Assembly (NCBI GenBank): GCA_016839555.1
Contig: JAEOUA010000001.1
Coordinates: forward strand, 32,001 to 96,000
DNA: 64,000 nt
DNA from: Promethearchaeota archaeon
GTDB lineage: Archaea > Asgardarchaeota > Lokiarchaeia > Sigyniarchaeales > SOKP01
Reading direction: 5' to 3'
A program made the translations under genes and the position numbers. This document shows, one piece after another, positions 29,065-39,520 of this stretch. The notes beneath the pieces were generated by a model, which was given only the letters and a program-made list of their open reading frames with translations, ran no database searches and was not told where the DNA came from. How positions within the stretch are numbered: position 1 is the stretch's first letter; each line of letters begins with the position of its first letter.

Positions 29065-30867
29065 ATGCCTATAAAAAAAGATGATGATTATCAAGTAAAT
29101 GAAAATAAACGTTGGTTCAAAAAATGGTGGCCAGAGAACGTTCCGCATAATATTAAATTCGAGGAAAAAACTATTAATGAACTTCTTGATGAACAAGTGG
29201 GGAAATATGGAGATCAGAACTTTCTGTGGTTCCTGGAAACCTGGGTGACTTATAAGCAATTTCATGATTATGTTAAAAAACTTGCTACTTCCCTCCACGC
29301 ATTAGGTGTTAGAAAAGGCGATGTGGTTGCGCTTCATCTTCCAAATTCGATTCAATATATCGTAAGCTATTTTGCTATTACAAGAATAGGAGCCATCGCG
29401 AGTGGAATAAATCCTACCTATCAACCGATGGAAATTCTTCATCAGCTCCATATTATTAAGCCTAAAATGCTTATTGTGTTAGATGCATTATATGAACCTT
29501 ATTTAAAGCCAATAATAGACAAAGCAAACATAGAAATCCTTGCCTATACGAATGTAGCAGATTTAGCTCATGGATTAGGTTTTAAAAGAGTCTTAGGAAA
29601 ACTTCTTGGAAAAATACCCAAAGGTAAGGTGGATTATCCAGGAGCAATTAAATTTATGGATCTTTTTGATACAGAACCTAAGGTTCCAAAAGTAGAGATA
29701 GACGTGAAAACCCATCCAGTAACCTATATCATGACAGGAGGTACTACTGGTTTACCAAAAGCAGCAGTATTAACCCATTTCAATGCGGTTTCTAATGCTA
29801 TTCAATGCAAGTATTGGTTAGGGGGAGAACAACCAGGTCTAGGAAGTGTGGGAGTGTTACCCCTCTTTCACAGTTTTGCTCATACTGTTGTTATGAATAC
29901 TACACTAGCTTTTGGAGGATGGATTATGTTGTTTCCGAGACCTCCAAGCACGGAAGAATTATTAGAGACGATTGAAGAACTACCTTCCCCTCAAGGATTA
30001 GTTTATGCTGGGGCAGAAATTTTATTCAAACGATTAGCCGAGTTTGAAGATATAAAGGATTTTCCTGGTGTGATGGGGAAGCTTAAATTATGTGTATCTG
30101 GAGCAGGACCACTTCATAGACCTGTAAGAGACGCATTCGTTCAAAATACAGGTGGCAGAATTGTTGAAGGATATGGATTAACAGAATCAACACCAGTCGT
30201 GAGTGCAGGAAATTTATTCGGAGAGAGTCCTATTGGAGTTATTGGAATGCCTTTTCCAGGAACTGAATGGGGTATTTGGCCCGCAGATGATTTTGATAAG
30301 GGACCACTTTGCTTAGGAGATCCTGATGATACAAAATTTGGTGAGGAAAATACCGGAGAACTCTGTGTTCATGGCCCACAAGTTATGCTGGAGTATTTAG
30401 ATAAACCAAACGCTACTGCTGAAATTATTAGGGAATATGATGGAAAATTATGGTTATTAACTGGAGATATTGGATTTATGAATGAAGATGGAACCGTTGA
30501 ACTCAGAGATCGAAAGAAGCAACTCATAAAGTATAAAGGATATAGCGTGTATCCGAAGGAAGTGGAAGAATTACTCATGAAAAACGAGGGGATTTCAGAA
30601 GCAGCTGTTGCTGGTATTCCACATGAAGAATTTGGTGAAGCTGTAAAAGCGTGGGTTGAATTAACAGAAGGATCAACCTTAACGGTAGAGGATATCAAAG
30701 AGTGGTGCACTGCTAATATGACGCATTATAAACGTCCATATTACGTTGAAATCATAAGCGAAGTTCCTAAAAACCTGATTGGAAAGGTTCAAAGGAGGAT
30801 TCTTCAGGTAAACGATCCCCTCTACAAGAAAGTGCATGGGGAGCCACAAGAACAAGATAAAGTATAA
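29065..30867 (+). CDS. fadD: Long-chain fatty acid-CoA ligase (AMP-binding family)
   Basis: TGGTTGLPK, LPLFH, EGYGLTE, TGD, DRKK, GKV. Confidence 0.9.
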   Translation: MPIKKDDDYQVNENKRWFKKWWPENVPHNIKFEEKTINELLDEQVGKYGDQNFLWFLETWVTYKQFHDYVKKLATSLHALGVRKGDVVALHLPNSIQYIVSYFAITRIGAIASGINPTYQPMEILHQLHIIKPKMLIVLDALYEPYLKPIIDKANIEILAYTNVADLAHGLGFKRVLGKLLGKIPKGKVDYPGAIKFMDLFDTEPKVPKVEIDVKTHPVTYIMTGGTTGLPKAAVLTHFNAVSNAIQCKYWLGGEQPGLGSVGVLPLFHSFAHTVVMNTTLAFGGWIMLFPRPPSTEELLETIEELPSPQGLVYAGAEILFKRLAEFEDIKDFPGVMGKLKLCVSGAGPLHRPVRDAFVQNTGGRIVEGYGLTESTPVVSAGNLFGESPIGVIGMPFPGTEWGIWPADDFDKGPLCLGDPDDTKFGEENTGELCVHGPQVMLEYLDKPNATAEIIREYDGKLWLLTGDIGFMNEDGTVELRDRKKQLIKYKGYSVYPKEVEELLMKNEGISEAAVAGIPHEEFGEAVKAWVELTEGSTLTVEDIKEWCTANMTHYKRPYYVEIISEVPKNLIGKVQRRILQVNDPLYKKVHGEPQEQDKV

Positions 30868-30964
30868 AAAAGTACAAAAATTATTAAGAATTCTTTTTTC
30901 TTTTATTCTTTTTATTTATTCAAAGTCTTTTTAAAAACCAGAGTTATTTATGAAATTGAAATTT

Positions 30965-31321
30965 TTAATTTTTCTCCTTTAATTTTTGTTCAGCTAATAA
31001 CTTTTCTTCTAATTTTTCGAGTTCGTCTAATTTTGAATTTACATAATCAGCAATATGTTTAATTATATCATTCGCCTTCTTATTTTGTGCAGCAATAAAA
31101 ATGTCACTCCAGATATCCCACCCAACGATGATTGAAAGATCCTCATATATTAACTCAACTAAGATACAATCTAAATTGAATGCTGGAAAATGTCCAGCTT
31201 TAAGTCCAAATTCTTTTTGAATCATTGTCGCTAAAGGAAATAGAATAATTGGATCTGCGTCTATTTCATATTCTAGTAATCCATTGGGATTTTCACGTAA
31301 AATTGATGTTATTTTTCGCAT
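30965..31321 (-). CDS. Hypothetical protein
   Basis: 118-aa ORF filling the gap, with normal composition and a GWDIWS motif. Confidence 0.65.
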   Translation of the reverse strand: MRKITSILRENPNGLLEYEIDADPIILFPLATMIQKEFGLKAGHFPAFNLDCILVELIYEDLSIIVGWDIWSDIFIAAQNKKANDIIKHIADYVNSKLDELEKLEEKLLAEQKLKEKN

Positions 31322-31420
31322 AATTATTAATTATTTTTATATGATTACCAAATTTATAATTTTTTTATGGTTTTTATTTATTGACTTCACAATTTATTTT
31401 TAATATAAAAGATAGATGCT

Positions 31421-32755
31421 ATGAAAAACCCAAATATTATTTTAGTCTTCACAGACCAACAAAGATATGATACTATTCAAAAAGAAATTACTCCTAATTT
31501 ATTGCACATTGCAAAAAAGGGGATTCATTTTACTAATGCTTTTACTTGCCAACCTGTCTGCGGTCCCGCAAGGTCTTGCCTCCAAACTGGATTATATGCT
31601 ACTCAAACTGGATGTTATCGTAATGGGATTGCTTTGCCTTTAGATGCGACCACAATTGCCCATCATTTATCGAAGGCAGGTTATAATGTGGGATATATTG
31701 GTAAATGGCATTTAGCATCAACAATACTCCCTTCAAAAGAAAATATTGGTAAAAAAGTGGATTATCAAGTTAAGCCTATCCCTCCAGAGCGTAGAGGAGG
31801 TTATAAGGATTATTGGTTGGCTGCAGATCTATTAGAATTTACCTCTCAGCCATATAAAGGTCATTTATTTAATGCAGAGATGGACAAGGTGGAATTTGAA
31901 GGATATAGAGTTGATTGTTTAACCGATTTTGCCTTAAAATTTTTAGAAAAATATAAAAAAGACCAACCATTTTTTCTTTTTTTGTCATATCTCGAACCCC
32001 ATCATCAAAACGAACTTGAGCGATTTGTAGGTCCTAAAAATTCTAAAGAAAAATATAAAAATTTTACAATTCCCAAAGATCTAAAAGCATCAGAAGGAGA
32101 TTGGGAGCAGAATTATCCCGATTATCTCGGCTGTTGTGCAAGTATTGATAAAAATATTCAGAGAATTTTTAATAAATTAGAAGAATTAGAACTTATGGAA
32201 AATACAATTTTATTTTTTACAAGCGATCATGGCTGCCACTTTAAAACAAGAAATTGGGAGTATAAAAGATCTTGTCATGACGCATCTATTCATATCCCCT
32301 TAATAGTTTATGGGTCTCAATTTTTAATAGGTAAAAAAATTAAAGAACTGGTTAGCATCATAGATATTCCTCCCACAATTTTGAAAATAGCTGGTGTTCA
32401 TATTCCTCCTTATATAAAAGGGAGACCATTACAAGATTTAATAGAAGAAACCCCAAAAGAGTGGCCAAATAAAATATTTATTCAAATTAGCGAATCGCAA
32501 GTGGGAAGAGCAATACGCACCAAAAAATGGAAATATTCTGTTCGTGCTCCCCATAAATCTGGATTTTTATTCTCTAAAAGTAAAGTCTATTGCGAGGATT
32601 TTTTATATGACTTAGAGAATGATCTATTTGAACAAAATAATCTGATTGAAGATCCTCAGCATATTAATATAAGAAAAAAATTGGCAACGCTTTTAAAGAA
32701 GCATATGAAAAATGCAGGTGAAGAAATTCCAGAAATAATTCCTTATAAAGGTTGA
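31421..32755 (+). CDS. Cys-type sulfatase (arylsulfatase family)
   Basis: PNIILVFTDQQR, CGPAR...TG signature, GKWHL, EPH, SDHG. Confidence 0.93.
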   Translation: MKNPNIILVFTDQQRYDTIQKEITPNLLHIAKKGIHFTNAFTCQPVCGPARSCLQTGLYATQTGCYRNGIALPLDATTIAHHLSKAGYNVGYIGKWHLASTILPSKENIGKKVDYQVKPIPPERRGGYKDYWLAADLLEFTSQPYKGHLFNAEMDKVEFEGYRVDCLTDFALKFLEKYKKDQPFFLFLSYLEPHHQNELERFVGPKNSKEKYKNFTIPKDLKASEGDWEQNYPDYLGCCASIDKNIQRIFNKLEELELMENTILFFTSDHGCHFKTRNWEYKRSCHDASIHIPLIVYGSQFLIGKKIKELVSIIDIPPTILKIAGVHIPPYIKGRPLQDLIEETPKEWPNKIFIQISESQVGRAIRTKKWKYSVRAPHKSGFLFSKSKVYCEDFLYDLENDLFEQNNLIEDPQHINIRKKLATLLKKHMKNAGEEIPEIIPYKG

Positions 32756-32789
32756 GTAGATTTAACTTTTCAATTACAAAATTTTTTTA

Positions 32790-33167
32790 TTAATTATCAA
32801 TTGATACAGTCACGGCAGCATTACACATTATTATAATATCCGAAGTATCTCCTAATTCTTCTATTTTTATTCCTTTCACTGCTAATCCTCCTTTAACTAT
32901 TTCTATAGACTTTTCTCCAAAAGGGACAGCCCTTAATACCTTCTTTTCATCAATATTTTCTGGATATGGTGCTCCAATTTTAACATGAACTTTCATTTGC
33001 AATAATTCTTTTGGACTAGATAGATTACAAATCTCTATGAGTCCAGTTAAACAATTATCTGAGATAGCATTTTTAATTGCTTTCTGTGCAGCGGTGGTGC
33101 AATCGTTTTTATGCCCATGTTGATCAGTTCCACAACCCAATTGAACTATAAATCGTTTTTCAGTCAT
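32790..33167 (-). CDS. Lin0512 family protein
   Basis: LGCGTDQHG, AA.KA..NAI, PFG, GGL, NAAVTV. Confidence 0.8.
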   Translation of the reverse strand: MTEKRFIVQLGCGTDQHGHKNDCTTAAQKAIKNAISDNCLTGLIEICNLSSPKELLQMKVHVKIGAPYPENIDEKKVLRAVPFGEKSIEIVKGGLAVKGIKIEELGDTSDIIIMCNAAVTVSIDN

Positions 33168-33381
33168 TTTTTAAATTACTATTTAGTTTTTTATAAAGAT
33201 ATAATAATGTAAAAATTGTTTCGGAAAATAAAGATTTTTACTTCTTTCAATTCATTAAGCAAATTATCAGTTAAAGCAAGCAGAATAAGAAAAATTTCAA
33301 TAAATTGGAAAAATTTAAACGAAAACTAAAAAATTAAGCATGAATTTATTAAATAAATAATCAAGAAAAATACCCAATTCT

Positions 33382-35127
33382 ATGGATCTCATTGATAGAA
33401 AAAAGCTAGCAGAATATATTAATTCTTATATTCCCTATTTGTCTGTAGGTCAAATTGAGGATTTGATCGAAAAGCCTCCTAAAGAGATCAATTACACTTA
33501 TGCTTTACCCTTATTCAAATTAGCAAAACATGAAAAAAAATCCCCCCACCTTATAGCAAAAGACTTGAGTAAAAAAATGATATTACCTTCTTTCTTAGAG
33601 GAAATAACACCAGAAGGTCCTTATATAAATTTTAGAGTGACACCAATTCTCATATTACGAAATATTTTTGAACTAAAAGAAAATTATGGGAGAATGAGGG
33701 AAAAATTAGAAAAAAGGCGTGAAGAAAAAAGGGAAGCTGATATAATCGAAAATGGTTCACGTCGTATCGTGATAGAATATCCTTCTCCCAATACAAACAA
33801 ACCCCTTCATCTAGGACATATTAGAAATATGCTTATAGGGAGTTCAACATCGAACATATTGGAATATAAGGGATATAAAGTTTTTCAAGTGAATTTAAAT
33901 AATGATAGAGGAATTCATATTTGTAAAACTATGCTTGCTTATAAAAAGCTGGGGAAGGGAAAGAAGCCAAACAAGAAGCCAGACCATTTTTTGGGAGACT
34001 TTTATGTCAAATATAATGAATTAGAAGATCAAAACGAAGATATTATAAATGAGGCACAAGAATTATTAAAAAAATGGGAAGAGAGAGATTCAGAAACTCT
34101 TGCATTATGGAAAAAAATTAATTCTTGGGCAATTGAAGGATTTCAAGAGACATACAAGAAATTTGGAATTTCTTTTGATAAGCAATATTTTGAATCAGAT
34201 TATTATTGGAAAGGAAAAAAAATCGTGTTTGAGGGATATCAAAAAGGTATTTTCAAAAAAACTGATGATGGTGCTATTATTGCTCCTTTAGAAGATAAAT
34301 ATGATTTGCCGGATAAAATTCTTTTAAGAAGTGATGGAACTTCTCTCTATATTACTCAAGATATTTTTCTTGCCTATTTAAAGAAAAAAGATTTTGATTA
34401 TGATGATTCTATATATGTTGTGGGAAATGAGCAAGATTTATATTTCAAACAATTATTTGCGGTGCTGGAAATGCTTGGATTTAAAGAAAAAAAATATCAT
34501 TTATCGTATGGTATGATATATCTCCCTGAGGGAAAAATGAAAAGTAGAGAAGGAATAGTAGTGGATGCAGATGATTTAGTTGAAGAAATGCAATCACTTG
34601 CATACAAAGAGGTCGATAAAAGATACCCGAATTTATCTAAAAATGAAAAAAATAAACGAGCAAATATCATCGGAATGTCCGCATTAAGATTTTATATATT
34701 AAAAATTAGCCCAAAATCCGACTTTATTTTCGACCCTGAAGAAAGTATTTCTTTTGAAGGTGAAACAGGGCCCTATGTACAATATGTTTTTGCAAGAATT
34801 CAATCTATTATTAAAAAATCTTCCTTGAAAATCGATACTTCTATTAATCCCAACCTTTTAAATGATATAACGGAATTAGATCTTATTAAATATCTCAATT
34901 ATTTCCCAGAAATAGTAGATACTGCCGCAAAAAACTACGAAATCCATCTGATTCCCCAATATTTATTGCATTTATGTCAGATTTTTAATTCATTCTATAG
35001 TAAATGTCCCGTGATTCAAGAAAATAAAGATTTAGAGAAAGCACGATTGCTATTAATTAGATGCGTTCAGACAGTTATTAAAATCGGATTGAATTTAATC
35101 GGGATAAAAACCCTTAAAGAAATGTAG
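33382..35127 (+). CDS. argS: Arginine-tRNA ligase
   Basis: EYPSPNTNKPLHLGH (HIGH), RSDGTSLY, GKMKSREG, GETGPYVQY, C-terminal ..EM. Confidence 0.97.
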   Translation: MDLIDRKKLAEYINSYIPYLSVGQIEDLIEKPPKEINYTYALPLFKLAKHEKKSPHLIAKDLSKKMILPSFLEEITPEGPYINFRVTPILILRNIFELKENYGRMREKLEKRREEKREADIIENGSRRIVIEYPSPNTNKPLHLGHIRNMLIGSSTSNILEYKGYKVFQVNLNNDRGIHICKTMLAYKKLGKGKKPNKKPDHFLGDFYVKYNELEDQNEDIINEAQELLKKWEERDSETLALWKKINSWAIEGFQETYKKFGISFDKQYFESDYYWKGKKIVFEGYQKGIFKKTDDGAIIAPLEDKYDLPDKILLRSDGTSLYITQDIFLAYLKKKDFDYDDSIYVVGNEQDLYFKQLFAVLEMLGFKEKKYHLSYGMIYLPEGKMKSREGIVVDADDLVEEMQSLAYKEVDKRYPNLSKNEKNKRANIIGMSALRFYILKISPKSDFIFDPEESISFEGETGPYVQYVFARIQSIIKKSSLKIDTSINPNLLNDITELDLIKYLNYFPEIVDTAAKNYEIHLIPQYLLHLCQIFNSFYSKCPVIQENKDLEKARLLLIRCVQTVIKIGLNLIGIKTLKEM

Positions 35128-35162
35128 CATATTGAAATAAATTTTAAAAATTGTGAACGATT

Positions 35163-36059
35163 GTGAACTTTTTTGATTTTGGAGAAGTTATAACAATGGA
35201 TACTGAATTTGTCATTTTTGGCATACCCTGGGATTATTTCACGTCTCTAAAGAATACAAACTCCGCTTCAGCTCCAGAAAAAATAAGGGAAGTATCTCAG
35301 CATCTAGCGTTAACCACAGAACAGGGAATTAAAATTCCGGAATTAAGGGTAATCGATTTAGGAAATATCGATATTAAAAAAGAAAAAATACCCGAGAACT
35401 TAAAAAAAATTCAAAATTTTATTGAAAACATTTATAATCAAAAGCAAGATTTAGTATTAATAATGATAGGGGGCGACCATTTTTGTTCCTATCCAGTAAT
35501 AAAAGCATGTGGAAATAGGTTTAAGGAAGAGAAAAGCTTTGGAGTGATAATTTTCGATGCGCATTTGGATTTTTATCAAGAATTCGATAATAATATCTAT
35601 TCTCATGCTGCAGTTTCACATCGAATTTATGATTTAGAATTTATTAACCCTCTTAATTTTTTGATTGTTGGAACGCGGGATATTGATATTCCCGAGCTGG
35701 AATTAGCAAAGCAAGAAAAAATCACATACTTTAACGCATACGAATCCATCGATGGTTTAAATGATTATATTAATAGAATTATTTTATTTTTTCAAAAATC
35801 TAACATTAAAAACCTTTATTTATCAATTGATATCGATGTATTAGATCCCTCTATCGCACCAGCAACAGGATATGCCATCCCGGGAGGTTTTTTATATCGA
35901 GATCTATGGAGTATATTAAAAAAAATCTCTCAAAATTTTAATATTATTGGATTTGATGTTGTAGAAGTTTCTCCTAATTTAGATTTACCAAATAATATAA
36001 CATGTAATTTAGCTGCGAAGCTGATTACTGAATTAATATCATTTATTTCTAATAGATAA
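35163..36059 (+). CDS. speB: Agmatinase / ureohydrolase family protein
   Basis: GGDH, DAHLD, SHA, SIDIDVLDP..AP.TG, DVVEVSP. Confidence 0.88.
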   Translation: MNFFDFGEVITMDTEFVIFGIPWDYFTSLKNTNSASAPEKIREVSQHLALTTEQGIKIPELRVIDLGNIDIKKEKIPENLKKIQNFIENIYNQKQDLVLIMIGGDHFCSYPVIKACGNRFKEEKSFGVIIFDAHLDFYQEFDNNIYSHAAVSHRIYDLEFINPLNFLIVGTRDIDIPELELAKQEKITYFNAYESIDGLNDYINRIILFFQKSNIKNLYLSIDIDVLDPSIAPATGYAIPGGFLYRDLWSILKKISQNFNIIGFDVVEVSPNLDLPNNITCNLAAKLITELISFISNR

Positions 36060-36067
36060 TTAGGTTA

Positions 36068-37021
36068 GTGTTAATTATGTCCGAAAATAATTTTAAAAAA
36101 AAGTTAAAAAAGGTTAATCAAATAAAAATTACAAAAAAAACGTCCATCACCTCTCTTATGTTAGCATTAAATGAAACAGGATTTAATGCGAAACGCTTAG
36201 CTGTTGCGTGCGAAATATATGAAAAAATGATAAAAGATCCCGAATGTGTTAAGTTTTTTGGACTCGCAGGCGCTATGGTACCCGTTGGTATGCAAAGTAT
36301 TATCCATGATTTTATTGAAGAGGGCTATATTGATGTATTAGTCACAACCGGAGCCAATTTAACACACGATATTGCAGAGACTTTAGGATACCATCATCTT
36401 CAAGGAGATATAAATATTGAAGACCTAGATGATGCAATATTACATAAAGATCAAATAAACCGAATATATGACGTTTTCTTACCGAATGAAGTCTATGAAG
36501 GAATAGAAGATTTCATTTCTAAATTAGATATCCCTTCCAAAGATATGGCAGTTCATGAGTTTCTAAAATTTTTGGGAAAACAGTTACCTGAAGATCCTAA
36601 TTCTATTTTAAAAATAGCCGCTGAAAAGGATGTGCCGATCTTTTGTCCCGCATTCACAGATTCAGGCCTAGCTCTGCAAATAGGATTTCATTATAAAAAA
36701 TTAAACTTAAATCATTTTTCTGATATGCTCAAATTAATTGATCTTGCATGGGATTCTAAAAAAGCGGGAGTATGTATTATTGGTGGAGGCGTCCCTAAAA
36801 ACTTCATTTTTCAATCCCTTCAATTCTGTCCCACGTCAGCGCGTTATGCAATTCAAATAACTATGGATCGTCCAGAACCAGGTGGATTAAGTGGGGCTAC
36901 TCTAAGTGAAGCAATTTCATGGGGAAAAGTAAATGAACAAGCGGAACATTCCATGGTAATTGTTGATGCAACGATAGCATTACCATTAATCTTATGGTAT
37001 TTGAAATCTACTATAAAATAA
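36068..37021 (+). CDS. dys: Deoxyhypusine synthase
   Basis: TTGANLTHD, NRIYD, GGGVPKN, GGLSGATLSEAISWGK with the catalytic Lys. Confidence 0.95.
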   Translation: MLIMSENNFKKKLKKVNQIKITKKTSITSLMLALNETGFNAKRLAVACEIYEKMIKDPECVKFFGLAGAMVPVGMQSIIHDFIEEGYIDVLVTTGANLTHDIAETLGYHHLQGDINIEDLDDAILHKDQINRIYDVFLPNEVYEGIEDFISKLDIPSKDMAVHEFLKFLGKQLPEDPNSILKIAAEKDVPIFCPAFTDSGLALQIGFHYKKLNLNHFSDMLKLIDLAWDSKKAGVCIIGGGVPKNFIFQSLQFCPTSARYAIQITMDRPEPGGLSGATLSEAISWGKVNEQAEHSMVIVDATIALPLILWYLKSTIK

Positions 37022-37099
37022 AATATTTAAAATCAAACAAGCAAGAAAAAGTCTTAAAAAATTAAAAATAAAAAAAACTGGAATTAAATGAAGATTCCC

Positions 37100-37648
37100 T
37101 TATTTAACTTCAATTTTTTTCTTCTCTACTGGCTCAGGTTCTTTCTTTGGAACTTTCACTTTTAAGATTCCTTTATCAAGGATAGCATCAATGCTGTCTT
37201 CGTCAATATTATCTGGCAAATTAAATGCTCGATAGTAATTCGCTGATCGATATTCGCTCCTTACGACCTCTCCTTTCTCCTCTTCTTTCTTTTCTTCCTC
37301 CATTTCTCCTTTAATCTCTAATAAGCCATCATGTATTGAAACTTCTATATCTCCTCTATCTAAGCCTGGCATTTCTGCAGATATCATAAATGCTTTATCA
37401 TCTTCAATGATATTTGATAATGGTGTGCGGAAAATTGGTCTATCTTCCCACTTCAAAAGTGCTCTAGGTCTTCTAAAAGGTCGCCAGAATAGATTATCAA
37501 AAGATCTTGTCATATCATCAAACATTTTATCCATCTCCTGGAACAGCGAGAATGGATTATGGCGTCTTATTGATAATTCACGAGATTTCTTTTCATCTGA
37601 AGTTTCTTTAGAACCTTCACCTTTTTTCACATCAATCTTTTCAGACAT
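37100..37648 (-). CDS. hsp20: Small heat-shock protein (Hsp20/alpha-crystallin)
   Basis: AEMPGL, YYRAFNLPDNI, A.LDKGIL.V.VPK, C-terminal IEV motif, GGAGGT SD. Confidence 0.95.
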   Translation of the reverse strand: MSEKIDVKKGEGSKETSDEKKSRELSIRRHNPFSLFQEMDKMFDDMTRSFDNLFWRPFRRPRALLKWEDRPIFRTPLSNIIEDDKAFMISAEMPGLDRGDIEVSIHDGLLEIKGEMEEEKKEEEKGEVVRSEYRSANYYRAFNLPDNIDEDSIDAILDKGILKVKVPKKEPEPVEKKKIEVK

Positions 37649-37684
37649 ATCATCAACCTCCTATTTCTTTATTGAAATGTTTTA

Positions 37685-37753
37685 GTAATAAGGGGATTGT
37701 AAATTATTACTTTACAATCTCTATTTTAAATAGAGTAATTCTATATATTTAAA
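37685..37753 (-). promoter_or_regulatory. Putative hsp20 promoter with operator-like palindrome and structured leader
   Basis: Minus-strand TTTAAATA box at 37746-37753 preceded by an A-rich BRE-like run. Perfect palindrome CTCTATTT-T-AAATAGAG at 37719-37735. 9-bp inverted repeat GATTGTAAA-N7-TTTACAATC at 37695-37719. Confidence 0.55.
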
Positions 37754-37942
37754 TCTTTTGGTTTTAATTTTTAAATAAGATCTGAATTTATCTTACCTAA
37801 TGAAATCCCATTAATAGCCCGTTCTAATAATTAATAATGTTTTTTATTTTAAAATGTTTCTGGCATCTTTTCTTTATTCTTTATTTTTCTTATTTTGTCA
37901 AAAAAAAGTACAAACAAATATAATCTTTAATAAAGAATTTGC

Positions 37943-38443
37943 TTATTTTTTCTTCTCATTTTCAATATACTTTTCGAGTAAAGTAAATACTTCTTTTAAT
38001 ACAAGCTTTTTAAATATGAGGCGATTAGCATGAAATATATGCTTATTGACAAATGTCTCTTCGCTCGAAGAAAATCCTATATATACTAAACCAACTGGTT
38101 TTTCTGGAGTTCCTCCCGTAGGACCTGCAATACCTGTAATTCCAATCCCTACATCCACCCCTGAAAGTTTTCGAATCCCTTGACCTAATTGCTTCGCAAC
38201 TTCTTCAGATACCGCTCCATTCTGCTCGATTATTTGCTTATTAACGTTAACCATCTCAATTTTCGCTTTATTACTATAACAAACTACACCTCGTTCAAAA
38301 ACTTTTGAAGAACCTGATATATTTGTGATCATATGACAGATATAACCTCCAGTGCAAGATTCCGCAAATGCAATCATTTTTTTGTTCTGGGTAAAAAGAT
38401 CTATTATTCTCCCAATCCTTTTTAAGTAATCCACTCTCATCAC
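37943..38443 (-). CDS. pncC: NMN deamidase, CinA C-terminal family
   Basis: AESCTGG, GSS, YSNKAK, GAVSEE, ITGIAGP.GG...KPVGLV. Confidence 0.92.
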   Translation of the reverse strand: MMRVDYLKRIGRIIDLFTQNKKMIAFAESCTGGYICHMITNISGSSKVFERGVVCYSNKAKIEMVNVNKQIIEQNGAVSEEVAKQLGQGIRKLSGVDVGIGITGIAGPTGGTPEKPVGLVYIGFSSSEETFVNKHIFHANRLIFKKLVLKEVFTLLEKYIENEKKK

Positions 38444-38573
38444 TAAAATTTTTTTTCCACATTTTTTTATCTTTATATAAAATAATAAGAGTTAAAAACA
38501 AAAAATAAATAATTGTTATATATATTTTCTATGGTTAATTACTTACAATAAAAATATTCTACAGTGTGATTGA

Positions 38574-39116
38574 ATGAGCAGTAAAGACGATAAAAAGGGC
38601 TATGTGTTTAAAATAACGGTGATAGGTGATGGTGCCGTTGGAAAAACCTCTCTCATTAAGAAATACACACAAGGTTCATTTCAAAAAGATTATATTAAAA
38701 CACTAGGAGCTCAATTCAGTAAATATGATGAGGAAATAGAGGGAGAGAATTGCAAACTTTTCTTTTGGGACATTGCTGGGCAAGATCAATGGAAATTCAT
38801 GAGGCCCACGTTCTATAAAGGCAGTAAAGCAGCAATAATCGTATTTTCGCATACAAATCCAGAGAGTTTTGACAATGTGCCAAAATGGCATGAAGATATC
38901 AAAAAATACTGCGGAGACATTCCCATTGTATTATTCGGGAACAAGCTTGATTTAGTTGATGAAAAAGATTTAAATGATAAAAAAGTCCAAAAATTGGTGA
39001 AAAAAAGGGAATTTTTAGCATATATGAAGACCTCAGCCAAAACAGGTACAGGAGTATATCAAGGCTTTCAAAAAATAATCAGAGAATTGCATTCGAAATA
39101 TAAACTAAGAGAATAA
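38574..39116 (+). CDS. Rab-like small GTPase
   Basis: GDGAVGKTS, YIKTLG, WDIAGQ, NKLD, TSAK. No C-terminal Cys. Confidence 0.93.
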   Translation: MSSKDDKKGYVFKITVIGDGAVGKTSLIKKYTQGSFQKDYIKTLGAQFSKYDEEIEGENCKLFFWDIAGQDQWKFMRPTFYKGSKAAIIVFSHTNPESFDNVPKWHEDIKKYCGDIPIVLFGNKLDLVDEKDLNDKKVQKLVKKREFLAYMKTSAKTGTGVYQGFQKIIRELHSKYKLRE

Positions 39117-39124
39117 GTATATGA

Positions 39125-39433
39125 ATGATAGAGAATAACGAAAATAAGCAAGGGAATCCCAAAATTTTATTCTTTTCATCAAAATATTGTATGCCATGTA
39201 AACCTGTAGAAGATCGCTTAAAAAAAATTAATATTTCAATGTTTGGGAAAAAGTTAAATATAGAAAAGATTAACATCAACGAAGATATGAATCGAGAAAA
39301 AATAAATACTTATAAGATCACTTCTGTTCCCACGATAATTGTTGGGGGAAGAAAATTGATGGTAAATATTGATGATACGGATATAATAGATGCAATTTTA
39401 CAAGCATATGTTGATTCAGTAAAAATTGAATGA
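39125..39433 (+). CDS. Thioredoxin/glutaredoxin-fold protein
   Basis: CMPC motif and SVPT cis-Pro motif. Confidence 0.88.
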   Translation: MIENNENKQGNPKILFFSSKYCMPCKPVEDRLKKINISMFGKKLNIEKININEDMNREKINTYKITSVPTIIVGGRKLMVNIDDTDIIDAILQAYVDSVKIE

Positions 39434-39520
39434 AGATAATTCTGCATTAAAAATATTTTAAATATAAAAAAGGAATAAATTACAACCTAAATAGGAGATG
39501 GGAAAAAAATTAATAGACAA

